From an uncultured Chloroflexia bacterium (GTDB taxonomy: Bacteria > Chloroflexota > Anaerolineae > CG2-30-64-16), in NCBI GenBank assembly GCA_963774265.1, contig CAVZDU010000002.1, positions 224,001 through 288,000 on the forward strand: a DNA stretch of 64,000 bases, in the 5' to 3' direction. The notes under the pieces are model-generated. The model searched no databases. It worked only from the letters and a program-made list of their open reading frames with translations, and was not told the DNA's origin. Made by a program: the position numbers and the translations under genes. Positions 33,064 through 43,903 of this stretch are shown one piece after another (position 1 is the stretch's first letter; every line of letters starts with the position of its first letter).

Positions 33064-36000
33064 ATGCCCGACCGTGAGTATTGGGACACGTACCTGGGCG
33101 CCGATCTCGGCGTTATCGACCCGGACATCGATGCTATTGTTGATTTCGAGGAAGAACGCCAGGCGCGCAAGCTGATCATGATCCCCTCGGAGTCCATGGC
33201 GCCCCTGGCAGTCCGCCAGGCGCTCGGCTCCGTCTTCAACAACGTCTACGCTGAGGGCTACCCTCCCCTGCGCATGACGCGCGATGATGAGGATTTGCTC
33301 CTCGACTATCCCCATCAGCTCGCCTACTATCGCCGCTATGCAGACCGGCGATTCTATAAGGGCGTCGACTACGTTCACTTCGTGGAGACGCTGGCTCAAC
33401 GCCGGGCAGCGCTTATCTTCGCCAACCAGCGCGTGAGCGATAAGAATATTTATGTCAACGTCCAACCCCTCTCCGGCGCAGCTGCTAACCTGTCAGTGTA
33501 CGATGCGATCTGCCAGACGGGCGACACTGTCATGGGCATGGATCTTTTCCAGGGGGGGCACCTGACCCACGGCAGTGAGTTCAACTTCTCAGGCAAACGG
33601 TTTCGGGTGGCAAGCTACGGCGTGAGCAAGGCGACGGGCAAGCTCGACTATGACGAAATCCGCGATCTGGCGCGCAATCACAAGCCCAAAATGATCATCG
33701 CCGGGTTTACGTCGTACACGTGGGCGCCCGATTGGGAGCTGTTCGCGGAGATCGCGCACGAGGTGGGAGCGGTGCTGCTGGCCGACATCAGCCACCCTGC
33801 CGGTATGGCGACTGCAGGCGCATTTCCCAATCCGGTGGGCATTGCCGACGTGATCACCTGCACAACCCACAAGACGTTATGCGGGCCGCGCGGCGCCATC
33901 ATCATGACGACCGATGAAGACCTGGGCAAGCGTATCGACCTGGCGGTGTTCCCCGGCGAACAAGGCGGTCCTCACACGCAGAAGTTCGCGGCGATGGCTG
34001 TGGCGTTCAAAATCGCAGGCACTGATGCGTTCAAGCGCATGATGCACCGCATCAAAGAAAACGCTGCTACGTTGGCCGATGGACTGACCAGGCGCGGGCT
34101 GAAGCTCGCTTATGGCGGCACCGACACGCACTTCTGCATGCTGGACCTCAACAGCGTCAAGAGCAAGACGGGTGCACCGTTACGCGGTGAACCTGCCGTG
34201 CGCATCCTGGACATGGCCGGCATTGTGGCCAATAAGAACACGATCCCCGGCGATACGCTCACGGCACTGGGCATGGGCATCCGGCTCGGAACGCCCTGGC
34301 TGACCCAGCGCGGGTTCGGGCCGGCGGAAATCGACCGGGTTGCGGGCCTCATCCACAAGACCGTCACCAACATCCAACCATTCAGCTACATCGGACTTTC
34401 TGGCGAGCTGCCCCGCGGGAAGATCGATTTGGACATCTTCGAGGAAATCAAGATGGAAGTGGCCGGATTGGCCGCAACAGGCGCGGCCGAGACCCCCAGT
34501 CGAGGGACAGGCTACCCGCATTTCTTCGGTCTCCAGAAAGCTGCTGTCAGCGACGGCCACGGCTTGGTTCTGGTCTCCGGCGACCGCGCCACACCGGGCC
34601 TGAACCAGATCGTCACGACGGACATCGCCGGACTTCAGGCGGAGCAAACCACCGTAGGATATATCCTCGATCCCGAGGGATGCGCCATGGACACGGTAGC
34701 CCTGCTGCGCGTGGCTGCCGACGAATATGGCCGCGACCGCTATTTCGTACGGACCCATCAACGTAATCATGGACGGGTGCTGGCATGGCTGCGCGGCCTG
34801 GCAGACGGGTATACGCTGTTTGACAGCAAAGACGTCCTTGCCAAGGTGGAAGGCCCACTGGTTGTTGTGGAGATGACACAGGGTGAAGCCGCTGAGTTGG
34901 GCGATCTCTCGGCTCTGTTGCACGCAGACACTGGCCCGTCAGACTGGGCCGGCCGTCACGCGCTGGAGTTATTCCGCACGACGCCCGACCGGTTCGAGCT
35001 GCAAAAGCCGTATTTCGTCGGACAGCACGTACTGGCGGAGGTCCGGGATACGACGGAGCTCCCGGTCTTCCGTTGGCAAGAGCCGGAGAATGCGCCACTC
35101 AAGCGTACGGCCCTCTACGAATGGCACAAGGCGCATACGCGACACATCGTCCCCTTCGCGGGCTGGGAGATGCCGGTCTGGTACACGGGTGTGCTCGATG
35201 AACACAACGTCGTGCGCAGGGCCGCCGGCCTGTTCGACGTGTCTCACATGGGCGTATTCGAGGCGACGGGACCGCATGCCGAGGAATTCCTGGACCTGGT
35301 GCTGACCAACTACGTCCGCTGGTACGCGCCGGGCGAGAGCTTCTACTCCTACCTGCTCGACGTTGACGGGAATGTAATCGACGATTTGCTGATCTACCGC
35401 CGCGCGAAAGATAACTTCCAGATCGTCGTCAACGCATCTAACGCGGACAAGGACTGGGCATGGCTCAATGCGGTCAACAACGGCGAGGTGCTCCTTGACC
35501 GGAGCCGGCCCGCCCTTAAGGTGCTGCGGCCTGCAACACTGCGCAACCTGAAGGACCCCTCCAGCGGTCCGGACATGCGCGTCGACCTGGCCCTGCAAGG
35601 CCCGGCGTCCATGCGCATCCTGCAGAGCCTGACCGACGATGCGCGCCTGCAAGACCAGATCGGCCGCGTGCCCCGCACCGGGGTGACTCAATGCGTGCTG
35701 GCGGGGTTCGACCTCGTCATCGCACGCACGGGTTACACGGGAGAAGATGTCGGCTACGAGATCTTCGTGCATCCTGACCGGGCGGTGGCATTCTGGGAGA
35801 AACTAATGGAGGCTGGCAAGCCCTTCGGCATACAGCCGACTGGGCTGGCGGCGCGCGACAGCACACGCACGGAGGCCGGCCTGCCGCTGTATGGCCACGA
35901 ACTGGCTGGGCACTTCAACATCTCGCCCGCAGGCGCGCGCTTCGCCGCATACGTCAAGCTCCACAAGCCATACTTCATCGGTCGCGAGGCCTACCTGGCG

Positions 36001-36390
36001 AAGGAGAAGGGACGCACAATGGAGGTGGCCCGCTTCCGCATGAATGAACGGGGTGTGCGCATGCCGAAGACAAGCGACCCGGTGGTGAACAAAAAGGGAC
36101 AGGTAATGGGCTGGGTCACGAGCGCGGCGGTAGATGTGGACGGTGTGATCCTCGGCCTGGCGTATGTTCAGAGTCGCTATGCCAAACCGGGAGACGAAAT
36201 CGGCATCTTCAATCTGCCGGCGAAGCCCTTGGTGGAAAAAGACAACAAAGCGGAACTGCAGCCCGGCGACAAGATCGCATTGTCGGATGCCGCCACCCTG
36301 CTCCCACGCTTCCCGGGCAAGGCTGAGCGAGCGCACTGGCGCGGTGATGTCGCGGCGCCCCTATCGCAACCGGCTGCGGCCAACGAATAG
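33064..36390 (+). CDS. glyA-gcvT: Fusion of serine hydroxymethyltransferase and glycine cleavage T-protein (aminomethyltransferase)
   Basis: SHMT motifs [38 protein letters not shown] and NKNTIP, then GcvT motifs [33 protein letters not shown] and [18 protein letters not shown], all in one open frame. Confidence 0.93.
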   Translation: MPDREYWDTYLGADLGVIDPDIDAIVDFEEERQARKLIMIPSESMAPLAVRQALGSVFNNVYAEGYPPLRMTRDDEDLLLDYPHQLAYYRRYADRRFYKGVDYVHFVETLAQRRAALIFANQRVSDKNIYVNVQPLSGAAANLSVYDAICQTGDTVMGMDLFQGGHLTHGSEFNFSGKRFRVASYGVSKATGKLDYDEIRDLARNHKPKMIIAGFTSYTWAPDWELFAEIAHEVGAVLLADISHPAGMATAGAFPNPVGIADVITCTTHKTLCGPRGAIIMTTDEDLGKRIDLAVFPGEQGGPHTQKFAAMAVAFKIAGTDAFKRMMHRIKENAATLADGLTRRGLKLAYGGTDTHFCMLDLNSVKSKTGAPLRGEPAVRILDMAGIVANKNTIPGDTLTALGMGIRLGTPWLTQRGFGPAEIDRVAGLIHKTVTNIQPFSYIGLSGELPRGKIDLDIFEEIKMEVAGLAATGAAETPSRGTGYPHFFGLQKAAVSDGHGLVLVSGDRATPGLNQIVTTDIAGLQAEQTTVGYILDPEGCAMDTVALLRVAADEYGRDRYFVRTHQRNHGRVLAWLRGLADGYTLFDSKDVLAKVEGPLVVVEMTQGEAAELGDLSALLHADTGPSDWAGRHALELFRTTPDRFELQKPYFVGQHVLAEVRDTTELPVFRWQEPENAPLKRTALYEWHKAHTRHIVPFAGWEMPVWYTGVLDEHNVVRRAAGLFDVSHMGVFEATGPHAEEFLDLVLTNYVRWYAPGESFYSYLLDVDGNVIDDLLIYRRAKDNFQIVVNASNADKDWAWLNAVNNGEVLLDRSRPALKVLRPATLRNLKDPSSGPDMRVDLALQGPASMRILQSLTDDARLQDQIGRVPRTGVTQCVLAGFDLVIARTGYTGEDVGYEIFVHPDRAVAFWEKLMEAGKPFGIQPTGLAARDSTRTEAGLPLYGHELAGHFNISPAGARFAAYVKLHKPYFIGREAYLAKEKGRTMEVARFRMNERGVRMPKTSDPVVNKKGQVMGWVTSAAVDVDGVILGLAYVQSRYAKPGDEIGIFNLPAKPLVEKDNKAELQPGDKIALSDAATLLPRFPGKAERAHWRGDVAAPLSQPAAANE

Positions 36391-36405
36391 GAAGAGGATA
36401 AGAGA

Positions 36406-36436
36406 GGTGCCCGGCACTTTCGAAGCGCCGGGCACC
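36406..36436. repeat. REP-like hairpin or bidirectional terminator between convergent genes
   Basis: GGTGCCCGGCACTT-tcg-AAGCGCCGGGCACC. Confidence 0.6.
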
Positions 36437-36469
36437 CGCAGCCCGCTTGTGGTGCGAAAGAAATCCGCG

Positions 36470-38335
36470 TTAACTCACCGCGTCTCCGGCTGCGGCCAGG
36501 CTGTGGGTCTTCCGACTCTTCTTACGGTCGTCGGTGCCTAGTATGCGCTTGCGCATTCGGATGCTCTTCGGCGTTACCTCGACCAGTTCATCGTCTGTGA
36601 TGTACTCCAGGCAATCATCCAGAGACATCACAATCGGCGAATCCAGGTGGACCAACTCATCGCCGGCCGATGACCGGTGGTTGGTCAGATGCTTCTTCTT
36701 GGTGACGCTGAGCGTCAGATCTTCCTCGGTCGGCCGGCGACCCACGATCATTCCTTCGTATACCTCAACGCCAGGACCAATAAACAACCGGCCGCGCTCC
36801 TGAGCATTGAACAACGAATATTGCGTGCTCATCCCGCTCTCCCAGGCCACCAGCGAACCGGTCTGCCGTGACTTGATCGGGCCCATGAACGGCTCGTACC
36901 CAGAAAAGATGCTGTGCACGATGCCAAGTCCGCGCGTGGCGGTTAGAAATGACTGGCGGAAGCCCAGCAGGCCCCGCGTCGGCACCAGGAAAGTGTAGTA
37001 GACCGTGCCGGTTGCGCCGTTCGAGCCCTGGTGCATGTTGGTCATCTGGCCTTTGCGCGGGCCGAGCATTTCCACGACCACTCCCGAATACGGCTCGGGG
37101 ACCTCAATATAGGCCTCTTCCACCGGTTCAAGTGTTTCGCCCGTGTCGGGGTCATCATGCAGGATCACCTCCGGCGCGCTGACCTGAAACTCATAGCCCT
37201 CACGGCGCATCGTTTCAATCAGGATCGCGAGATGCAGCTCGCCTCGTCCGCTCACAAGGAAGGTGTCTGCCGCTTCAGTCGGCTCAACCCGCAACGCCAC
37301 GTCGCGCTCCAGCGCGCGCTCCAACCGTTCCTTGAGCTTGCGGCTGGTGACCCACGTGCCCTCACGTCCCGATAGAGGCGACGTATTGACGCCGAACGTC
37401 ATACGGACGGTCGGCTCTTCTACCGTGATAACGGGCAATGCGCGAGGATCGGCCGCGTCCGCGATCGTTTCCCCAATGTTGATCTCGGGGATGCCCGTCA
37501 GAGCAACGATTTCGCCGGCAGCTACTTCCGGAACCTCCAGGCGCTCCAGCCCCTCATAGATGAACACCTGCGCGGTCTTCTCCTGGTGGATCTGCCCCTG
37601 CCGGTCAATCCTGGCGATGCTCTGCCCCCGACGCAGCGTGCCAGCGGACAGACGCCCCATGATGATCTTGCCCTTGTAGTCGTCGTACGACAGATTGGTC
37701 ACCAGCATCTGCGTGGGCGCGTCCGGATCCACAATCGGCGCCGGCAGCTTCTCCACAATCGCGTCGAAAAGCGGCTTGAGGCTGCCCTGGAGATTGTCCG
37801 GATCGGTGCCAGACTGGCCTGAGGTCGCGATGGTGTAGATAACAGGGAATTCCGCCTGCTCTTCGGATGCGCCCAGATTGATGAACAAATCAAAGGCGGC
37901 GTCTACAGCCCACCCGGGCCGCGCGTGGTTACGATCCACCTTGTTGATGACGAGAATGGCGCGGCGGCCCAACTCAAGTGCCTTGCGCAGGACAAAACGG
38001 GTTTGCGGCATCGGTCCTTCGGCTGCATCAACCAGAAGCAGAACGCCATCCACCATGTTCAGAACGCGCTCGACCTCGCCGCCAAAGTCCGCGTGGCCGG
38101 GAGTATCCACAATGTTAATCTTTATGGGGCCATAGCGCACCGAAGTATTCTTGGCCAGGATGGTAATGCCGCGCTCGCGCTCCAGGTCGTTGGAGTCCAT
38201 CACACGCTCGGGCACATTCTGGTTGTCGCGAAACACGCGTGATTGTTTGAGCATGGCGTCGACCAAGGTGGTTTTCCCGTGGTCTACGTGTGCGATAATG
38301 GCGATATTGCGGATGTCTTCCCGTCGAACCTGCAT
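36470..38335 (-). CDS. typA: Translational GTPase TypA/BipA
   Basis: [49 protein letters not shown] and DELVEVTP. Confidence 0.97.
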   Translation of the reverse strand: MQVRREDIRNIAIIAHVDHGKTTLVDAMLKQSRVFRDNQNVPERVMDSNDLERERGITILAKNTSVRYGPIKINIVDTPGHADFGGEVERVLNMVDGVLLLVDAAEGPMPQTRFVLRKALELGRRAILVINKVDRNHARPGWAVDAAFDLFINLGASEEQAEFPVIYTIATSGQSGTDPDNLQGSLKPLFDAIVEKLPAPIVDPDAPTQMLVTNLSYDDYKGKIIMGRLSAGTLRRGQSIARIDRQGQIHQEKTAQVFIYEGLERLEVPEVAAGEIVALTGIPEINIGETIADAADPRALPVITVEEPTVRMTFGVNTSPLSGREGTWVTSRKLKERLERALERDVALRVEPTEAADTFLVSGRGELHLAILIETMRREGYEFQVSAPEVILHDDPDTGETLEPVEEAYIEVPEPYSGVVVEMLGPRKGQMTNMHQGSNGATGTVYYTFLVPTRGLLGFRQSFLTATRGLGIVHSIFSGYEPFMGPIKSRQTGSLVAWESGMSTQYSLFNAQERGRLFIGPGVEVYEGMIVGRRPTEEDLTLSVTKKKHLTNHRSSAGDELVHLDSPIVMSLDDCLEYITDDELVEVTPKSIRMRKRILGTDDRKKSRKTHSLAAAGDAVS

Positions 38336-38505
38336 TTGTTCCTCGCTGCCTTAATCCAAAACGCCGGAAGCCATTGAGGCTTCCGGCGTCTCTCACAGAC
38401 GCATACGAAAATGTCAGCCGGCTATCTGCCTCGGCTGACAAATCAGTAAGATGATTCTACAGCAAGTCCGCTAAAAAAACAAGTTTGATGATGGATTCTT
38501 GCAGC

Positions 38506-39354
38506 CTAATGGTTGAGGGGATCGAGTCGCCGGCCCTTGTTCACCATCAGCCCCGGCTGGCACACCCGACAAAAGTAAGTGGTCGAGCGTTCATAGGTGA
38601 TCGAGCTGATGCGTCCAGCGCAGCGCGGGCAGTCGCCGTCTTCCTTGCCGTGGATGGCAAGGAAGTCACGCACTTCAACGTCGATCTTGTCGCCCACGCG
38701 TTCACGCAGGACTTCGATAGCCCGCCGCAGCACCGCCTGCATGCATCCGTACAGCCGGTCCACTTCCTCGACGCTCAGAGTGGCGCGGCGACGCATCGGA
38801 TAGATGGCGGCACACCATAGTATCTCGTCAGCGTACGCGTTGCCGATGCCCGCGACAAATTGCTGATTCGTCAGCACACCCTTGATCTCTCCCTGGAATT
38901 TCCGCAGCCGCTCACGGAAGACCTCCAGCGTCAGCTCGGGATCATCTGCTTCGGGCGCCAGTCCGGTGAACCCCGGAACCTGGTCGAGATCGGAGACCAG
39001 GTAGATCTTCCCCATATCCTTGGCGTCGTGGTAGCGCAGCTCCTTGCCGTCTTCAAGGGTCAGGATCAGGGCGTCGCGCACGCGGTTCTTGCCCAGGGGT
39101 TCGCCGTAGCGGATGCGGCCGGCCAGCATCGGGTGTATAACGATCGTCACGCCGCTATCGAGCGAAAGCAGCAAATACTTACCACGGCGCGTGACAGCCA
39201 CGAAGCGCCGGCCCACCAGGATTACGGAAGGCTCCCCACCGAGGATGTTGCGGACGATCAATGGACGCGGCGCCTGCGCGTCCACGATTGTCACCCCGGG
39301 CAGTCGTGGCGCCAGATATTCGCGGATGATTTCGAGGTCGGGCAGTTCAGGCAC
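38506..39354 (-). CDS. mutM: Fpg/Nei family DNA glycosylase/AP lyase
   Basis: N-terminal PELPD, RRGKYL, H2TH motif GIGNAYADE and zinc finger CPRC...CRVCQ. Confidence 0.85.
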   Translation of the reverse strand: MPELPDLEIIREYLAPRLPGVTIVDAQAPRPLIVRNILGGEPSVILVGRRFVAVTRRGKYLLLSLDSGVTIVIHPMLAGRIRYGEPLGKNRVRDALILTLEDGKELRYHDAKDMGKIYLVSDLDQVPGFTGLAPEADDPELTLEVFRERLRKFQGEIKGVLTNQQFVAGIGNAYADEILWCAAIYPMRRRATLSVEEVDRLYGCMQAVLRRAIEVLRERVGDKIDVEVRDFLAIHGKEDGDCPRCAGRISSITYERSTTYFCRVCQPGLMVNKGRRLDPLNH

Positions 39355-39413
39355 TGTCTATCAGCACGGCTATCGAGGCATGCATCGATGTGAGCGGACG
39401 ACCCTGATTTTGA

Positions 39414-39480
39414 GGTGAGATCTGGAGCCGGGCCTTCGAGCTCTTGTGGACCTCGAAGGCCCTCGCATGCAGATCCCACC
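39414..39480. repeat. Long interrupted intergenic hairpin (REP-like or terminator) downstream of gcvPB
   Basis: Outer arms GGTGAGATCTG/CAGATCCCACC and inner perfect arms GGGCCTTCGAG/CTCGAAGGCCC. Confidence 0.6.
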
Positions 39481-39496
39481 CCACGAATTGACCGGA

Positions 39497-40952
39497 TCAG
39501 CTACACCCGGGCGCGTAGCAGAGGTGCAAGTCCTTCGCAGCGCGCACCTCGTCCAGACGCTTGACCGGCGCGTTATGCGGCGCCGTCTTTAGCAATTCGG
39601 GGTTCTCGCGCGCTTCTTGAGCGATCGCAATCAATGCGTCGGCGAAGGCGTCCAGCGTCTCCTTACTCTCCGTCTCCGTCGGCTCGATCATCAAGGCCTC
39701 TGGAACAATGAGCGGGAAGTAGACTGTAGGCGGGTGGAAGTTGTAGTCCATCAGCCGCTTGGCGATGTCCAGGGTGTTCACTCCAGGTGCGCCATCCAGC
39801 TTACCTTGGGCCACGAACTCATGCATACACGTCCGGTCGCCGTGAGGGATCGGATAGGTGTCCCGCAGCCGCGCTTGAAGGTAGTTTGCGTTCAGCACTG
39901 CATTCTCGCTGATCGCTCGCAACCCATTGGCGCCGTGCATCCGGATGTAGGTATATGCGCGCACCAGGACACCGAAGTTGCCCCAGAACGCCTTAACCCG
40001 GCCGATGCTCTTCGCCGGCATGTGCCACTCGTACCAGCCGTCCTCGGTCTTCGCCACGATCGGGCCGGGCAGATAGTCTGCCAAGTGAGCCGCAACGCCG
40101 ACCGCGCCGGAACCGGGACCCCCGCCACCATGGGGGGTGGAGAATGTCTTGTGCAGGTTGTAGTGCATGACGTCGAAGCCGACCTCGCCCGGTTTGGCGA
40201 TGCCGAGGATCGCGTTGAAGTTGGCGCCGTCGCCGTAGCAGAGACCGCCCGCCTCGTGAACGAGTCGCAGGACTTCCTGGACGTTGCAGTCGAAGAGACC
40301 GAGCGTGTTCGGGTTCGTCAGCATCAGGCCGACAAGCTGTGGACCGTGCTTGGCGATCGACGCGCGGAGGGCGTCCAGATCGACGTTGCCATCGGCGTCG
40401 GACCCGACCTCCACGGCCTTCAAACCGGACATGCTCGTCGTGGCCGGATTTGTGCCATGCGCAGAATCCGGGACGAGGATGATATTGCGATGAGTTTCGC
40501 CTCGATCGTAGAGATACTTGCGCATGATCAAGACGCCAGTTAGCTCGCCGTGCGCACCGGCGGCGGGTTGAAGCGTGACCGCAGCAAAGCCGGCGATCTC
40601 CGCAAGCATCTCCTGCAGGTTGTAGATGAGCGCCATCGCCCCCTGCGCCGTGTCTTCAGATTGGAGAGGGTGCAAGTTGGCGAAGCCCGGCATGCGCGCG
40701 GCTGCCTCGTTCACCTTTGGGTTGTACTTCATCGTGCAGGAGCCGAGCGGGTAGAACCCGGTATCGATCGAGTAGTTCAACTGGCTCAGCCGGGTGTAGT
40801 GGCGCACCAGGTCGATCTCAGACACTTCAGGAAGGGGCAAGTCCGCCGCGAACCGCGTCCTGTGGCAGCGGCGTTTCGGGCACGTCAGCATCGGGCAGAT
40901 GCACTGCCTTACGTCCAGCCCGGCAGATCTCGTAGATCAAAGGCTCGCCCAT
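39497..40952 (-). CDS. gcvPB: Glycine dehydrogenase (decarboxylating) subunit 2; frameshift ~40847
   Basis: True start MGEPLIYE overlaps the gcvPA stop (TGATG). [20 protein letters not shown] and [18 protein letters not shown]. Confidence 0.93.
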
Positions 40953-42361
40953 CACGCCACCTCCTCGATGTCGTTCAATTCGTCCTGGCCTTCCAGATCG
41001 TCTACTTCGAGAGTGCTCATCCCGGCAAGCGCCTCAGCCAACGCCTCGATCTCGGCGCGGCTGTTCATCTCCGTGACGCAGACCAGCATGTGATCAGCCA
41101 ACTCGGGATAGTCCCGGCCCAGGTCATAGCCTCCCAAGATGCCCCACTCATCCAGCAGGTGCTGGTTGATATCGGCCACAGGTTGCGGACACTGGACAAC
41201 GAATTCTTTGAAGAACAGACCGTCGCTCTTGACCGCGTAGCCTTCCAGCTTGTCGATGAGGGTCGCAGCGTAATGCGCCTTATGATACGACAGCTCTGCG
41301 GCCTTGCGCAGGCCGTGCTTGCCCATCGCAGCCATGTAGATGGCGGCGGCGAGCGCGTTGAGGGCCTCGTTGCTGCAGATATTGCTGGACGCCTTGTCGC
41401 GTCGAATGTGCTGCTCGCGAGTGCTGAGGGTCAGCACGTAGCCGCGTTTGCCGTCAACGTCAACGGTTTCCCCAACGATGCGGCCCGCCGACTTGCGCAC
41501 GTCATCCATCTTCATGGCATAAAAACCGACATATGGCCCACCAAAGCTGAGTGCGTTGCCCATGGGCTGGCCCTCGCCGCAGGCTACATCCGCGCCGTAT
41601 TGGCCGGGAGGGGTAAAAAGGCCCAGGCTGATGGGATCGACGGCCACAACCAACAACGCACCCGCTGCGTGCACTTTGTCCGCGAGCGCCTGCATTTCCC
41701 CGGGAGTATAGAGACGGCCCAGAAAATCCGGGTTCTGCACGATGATACATGCCACGTCTTTGTCGGCCAGGCTCGCGAGCGCGTCCATATCACCCAGAGG
41801 TGCAGTCTCACCGACCGTGGCGACACTCATCCCCTGGATGTAGGTGTGGACCACTTCGCGGTACTGCGGATTCAGTGTGGGGCTGAGCACGACCTTGAGC
41901 CTCTTACCTCGGCCAACCTGAAGCGCCATGATTACGGCCTCGGCCACAGCAGTCGCCCCGTCATAGTGCGAGACGTTCGAGACCTCCATGCCGGTCAAAG
42001 CCGTAATCATGGACTGATACTCGAAGTGCGCTTGAAGCGTGCCCTGGCTGATTTCCGGTTGATAGGGCGTGTAGGCCGTGTAGAACTCCCCGCGCGAGAT
42101 GATGGAATCGACCACCTTGGGCACGAAGTGGTTATATGCACCCGCGCCAAGGAAGCACGCGATGTGGTTCAGGTCGTCGTTCTCGTCACCCAGCGCCTGG
42201 AGTTCCTGAAGCATCTCCATTTCAGTGAGGGCGGGCGGCAGGTCGAGTTTCGGGAAGCGCAGCTTCTCCGGGACATCGACAAAGAGATCAGCCACCGACT
42301 TGACGCCGACAACCTTGAGCATTTCCTCACGGTCGGCGTCTGTGTTCGGAATATAGTCCAT
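40952..42361 (-). CDS. gcvPA: Glycine dehydrogenase (decarboxylating) subunit 1
   Basis: FLGAGAYNH, YTAYTPYQPEISQG and TREQHIRRDKASSNICSN. Confidence 0.96.
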   Translation of the reverse strand: MDYIPNTDADREEMLKVVGVKSVADLFVDVPEKLRFPKLDLPPALTEMEMLQELQALGDENDDLNHIACFLGAGAYNHFVPKVVDSIISRGEFYTAYTPYQPEISQGTLQAHFEYQSMITALTGMEVSNVSHYDGATAVAEAVIMALQVGRGKRLKVVLSPTLNPQYREVVHTYIQGMSVATVGETAPLGDMDALASLADKDVACIIVQNPDFLGRLYTPGEMQALADKVHAAGALLVVAVDPISLGLFTPPGQYGADVACGEGQPMGNALSFGGPYVGFYAMKMDDVRKSAGRIVGETVDVDGKRGYVLTLSTREQHIRRDKASSNICSNEALNALAAAIYMAAMGKHGLRKAAELSYHKAHYAATLIDKLEGYAVKSDGLFFKEFVVQCPQPVADINQHLLDEWGILGGYDLGRDYPELADHMLVCVTEMNSRAEIEALAEALAGMSTLEVDDLEGQDELNDIEEVA

Positions 42362-42384
42362 TCAAGTCCTCCCAGCGAGTGCGG

Positions 42385-42792
42385 TTAGTGACCGCCTTTT
42401 TCTTCCTCTTCCTGCACATAGGACTCGTAGGCCGTCGCATCCATCAGATCGGCCAGCTCGCTCTCATCGCTGAGAGTCACCTTGACCAGCCAGGCCTTGC
42501 CGTAGGGATCCTCATTCACCCATTCAGGGTTGTCCTCAAGCTCAGTATTGACCTCGATCACCTCGCCACTGATGGGAGCATAGGCGTCTTCCGCGGCCTT
42601 CACCGACTCGACGGTGCCCATTGTTTCACCCTTTGCCAGGGTGTCACCCACTTCGGGCAATTCCACGTAGACGATGTCGGATAGGAGGTGCTGTGCATAA
42701 TCAGAGACACCGACGACCGCGATGTCCCCCTCCACGCGCACCCACTCGTGCGACTTCGCGTACCGTGCCTTTGCATCGAACTTGTAAGCCAT
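42385..42792 (-). CDS. gcvH: Glycine cleavage system H protein
   Basis: SHEWVR, GVSDYAQ, lipoyl-Lys motif VESVKAA and VNEDPYG; AGGAGG RBS. Confidence 0.96.
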   Translation of the reverse strand: MAYKFDAKARYAKSHEWVRVEGDIAVVGVSDYAQHLLSDIVYVELPEVGDTLAKGETMGTVESVKAAEDAYAPISGEVIEVNTELEDNPEWVNEDPYGKAWLVKVTLSDESELADLMDATAYESYVQEEEEKGGH

Positions 42793-42837
42793 GATGTCCT
42801 CCTGCTGGTGATACTGATTGGATGGTAGCGTGCTTAA

Positions 42838-42883
42838 ACATAAAGACGGGAGTAGAAAGCAAGCCCTTGCCCCGCTCCCGTCT
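42838..42883 (-). terminator. Intrinsic terminator, expression platform of the glycine riboswitch
   Basis: Minus strand AGACGGGAG...CTCCCGTCT followed by TTA; the 5' arm overlaps the 3' strand of aptamer-2 P1. Confidence 0.7.
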
Positions 42884-43081
42884 CTGTCTGGTGACCTGAG
42901 AGATTGCCCACGTCGGCTTGCCCCATCGGTGTCATCGTTCGGATGAGCTTTCCAGAGTGCTGTCCCAACGCGATGTCTTTTGCCTGAGAGATTGTCCCGC
43001 CGGCCCGGCAGCCGGTCGGAGTGCCCCTTCGGCGACTGATCCCAAACTGCGTGGGTCAGTGCTCTCTCGCGCTGTTCATCC
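42882..43081 (-). ncRNA. Tandem glycine riboswitch
   Basis: Minus strand: leader GGATGAA; aptamer 1 GAGAGAGC...CGCCGAAGGGGCA...AATCTCTCAGGCAAAAGAC; aptamer 2 CTCTGGAAAG...CACCGATGGGGCAA...AATCTCTCAGGT...GACAGAG; lies upstream of gcvH. Confidence 0.93.
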
Positions 43082-43106
43082 AGCGTATATGCCTTTAGCT
43101 TGGTTG

Positions 43107-43135
43107 AGTGTAGCATAGCCTTGAGGTGCTGTCAA
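43107..43135 (-). promoter_or_regulatory. Sigma70 promoter of the gcvH-PA-PB operon
   Basis: TTGACA-17 nt-TACACT with an extended TG on the minus strand. Confidence 0.7.
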
Positions 43136-43201
43136 CGAAAATGCGCGCGTATGTTATACTGACACCCTTGTGCCCATCGTCTTCATCTGGAGGATTTCTT
43201 A

Positions 43202-43858
43202 ATGCCAGCGTGGATGCCAGCAACCGGCCCGGAACGCCTCTTGTGGCTCGTGATCATCTTCCTTGTGGTCGGCTACTTAGTTGGCCAGTGGTTGAACCGG
43301 CAGCGCAGCAAGCGCATCGGCTCATGGTTGCAGGCCGGCCTGGGCGCATTGGGCGGCCGGGTCGCCTGGAAATGGCTGCGACCGATGAGCGCCGGCGCAG
43401 AAATCACCGTCCAGGAAACGCGGCCGCCGTATCGGGGTCTTGTCATCGGCTACTATCTGCTGACACGGGAATTCGCACCCCTCTGGCTGGTCGAGTGGCT
43501 GCGGGGCAAGCGCGATTTGCTGTCTCTACGGGCGGACCTGCGCACGCAGCCAACACGCGAGTTCGACATCCTGCCCCTCCAAGGCAAGCTTCGAAAGGAG
43601 CTTGACGAAGCGTCGGTGCAGCGGGCATACCACTGGCAGGAACTGGCCAACGGGCTTGGATTGGCCACACAGGGTCAGCCCGATCGGGCGCTGCTTCACA
43701 GGGTTCAGCAATTCCTGGATGCCTATGGACCCTACGTGGAACGAATATCGCTTCGGCGGCGCGCACCTCATGTGGTTTCCTTTCTAAGGCTATCTGGGCT
43801 GGAAAACACGAAAAGTGACAAGTTGTGGCGCGCATTGGGGGAGTTAGTACAAGGGTGA
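43202..43858 (+). CDS. Hypothetical protein with an N-terminal membrane anchor
   Basis: GGAGG RBS, one TM helix, first gene of the run ending in panE and scpA. Confidence 0.7.
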   Translation: MPAWMPATGPERLLWLVIIFLVVGYLVGQWLNRQRSKRIGSWLQAGLGALGGRVAWKWLRPMSAGAEITVQETRPPYRGLVIGYYLLTREFAPLWLVEWLRGKRDLLSLRADLRTQPTREFDILPLQGKLRKELDEASVQRAYHWQELANGLGLATQGQPDRALLHRVQQFLDAYGPYVERISLRRRAPHVVSFLRLSGLENTKSDKLWRALGELVQG

Positions 43859-43903
43859 CGCCAGCAACGAATGGCGAGGAAGAGCAATTACGGAGGAGGC
43901 CCC

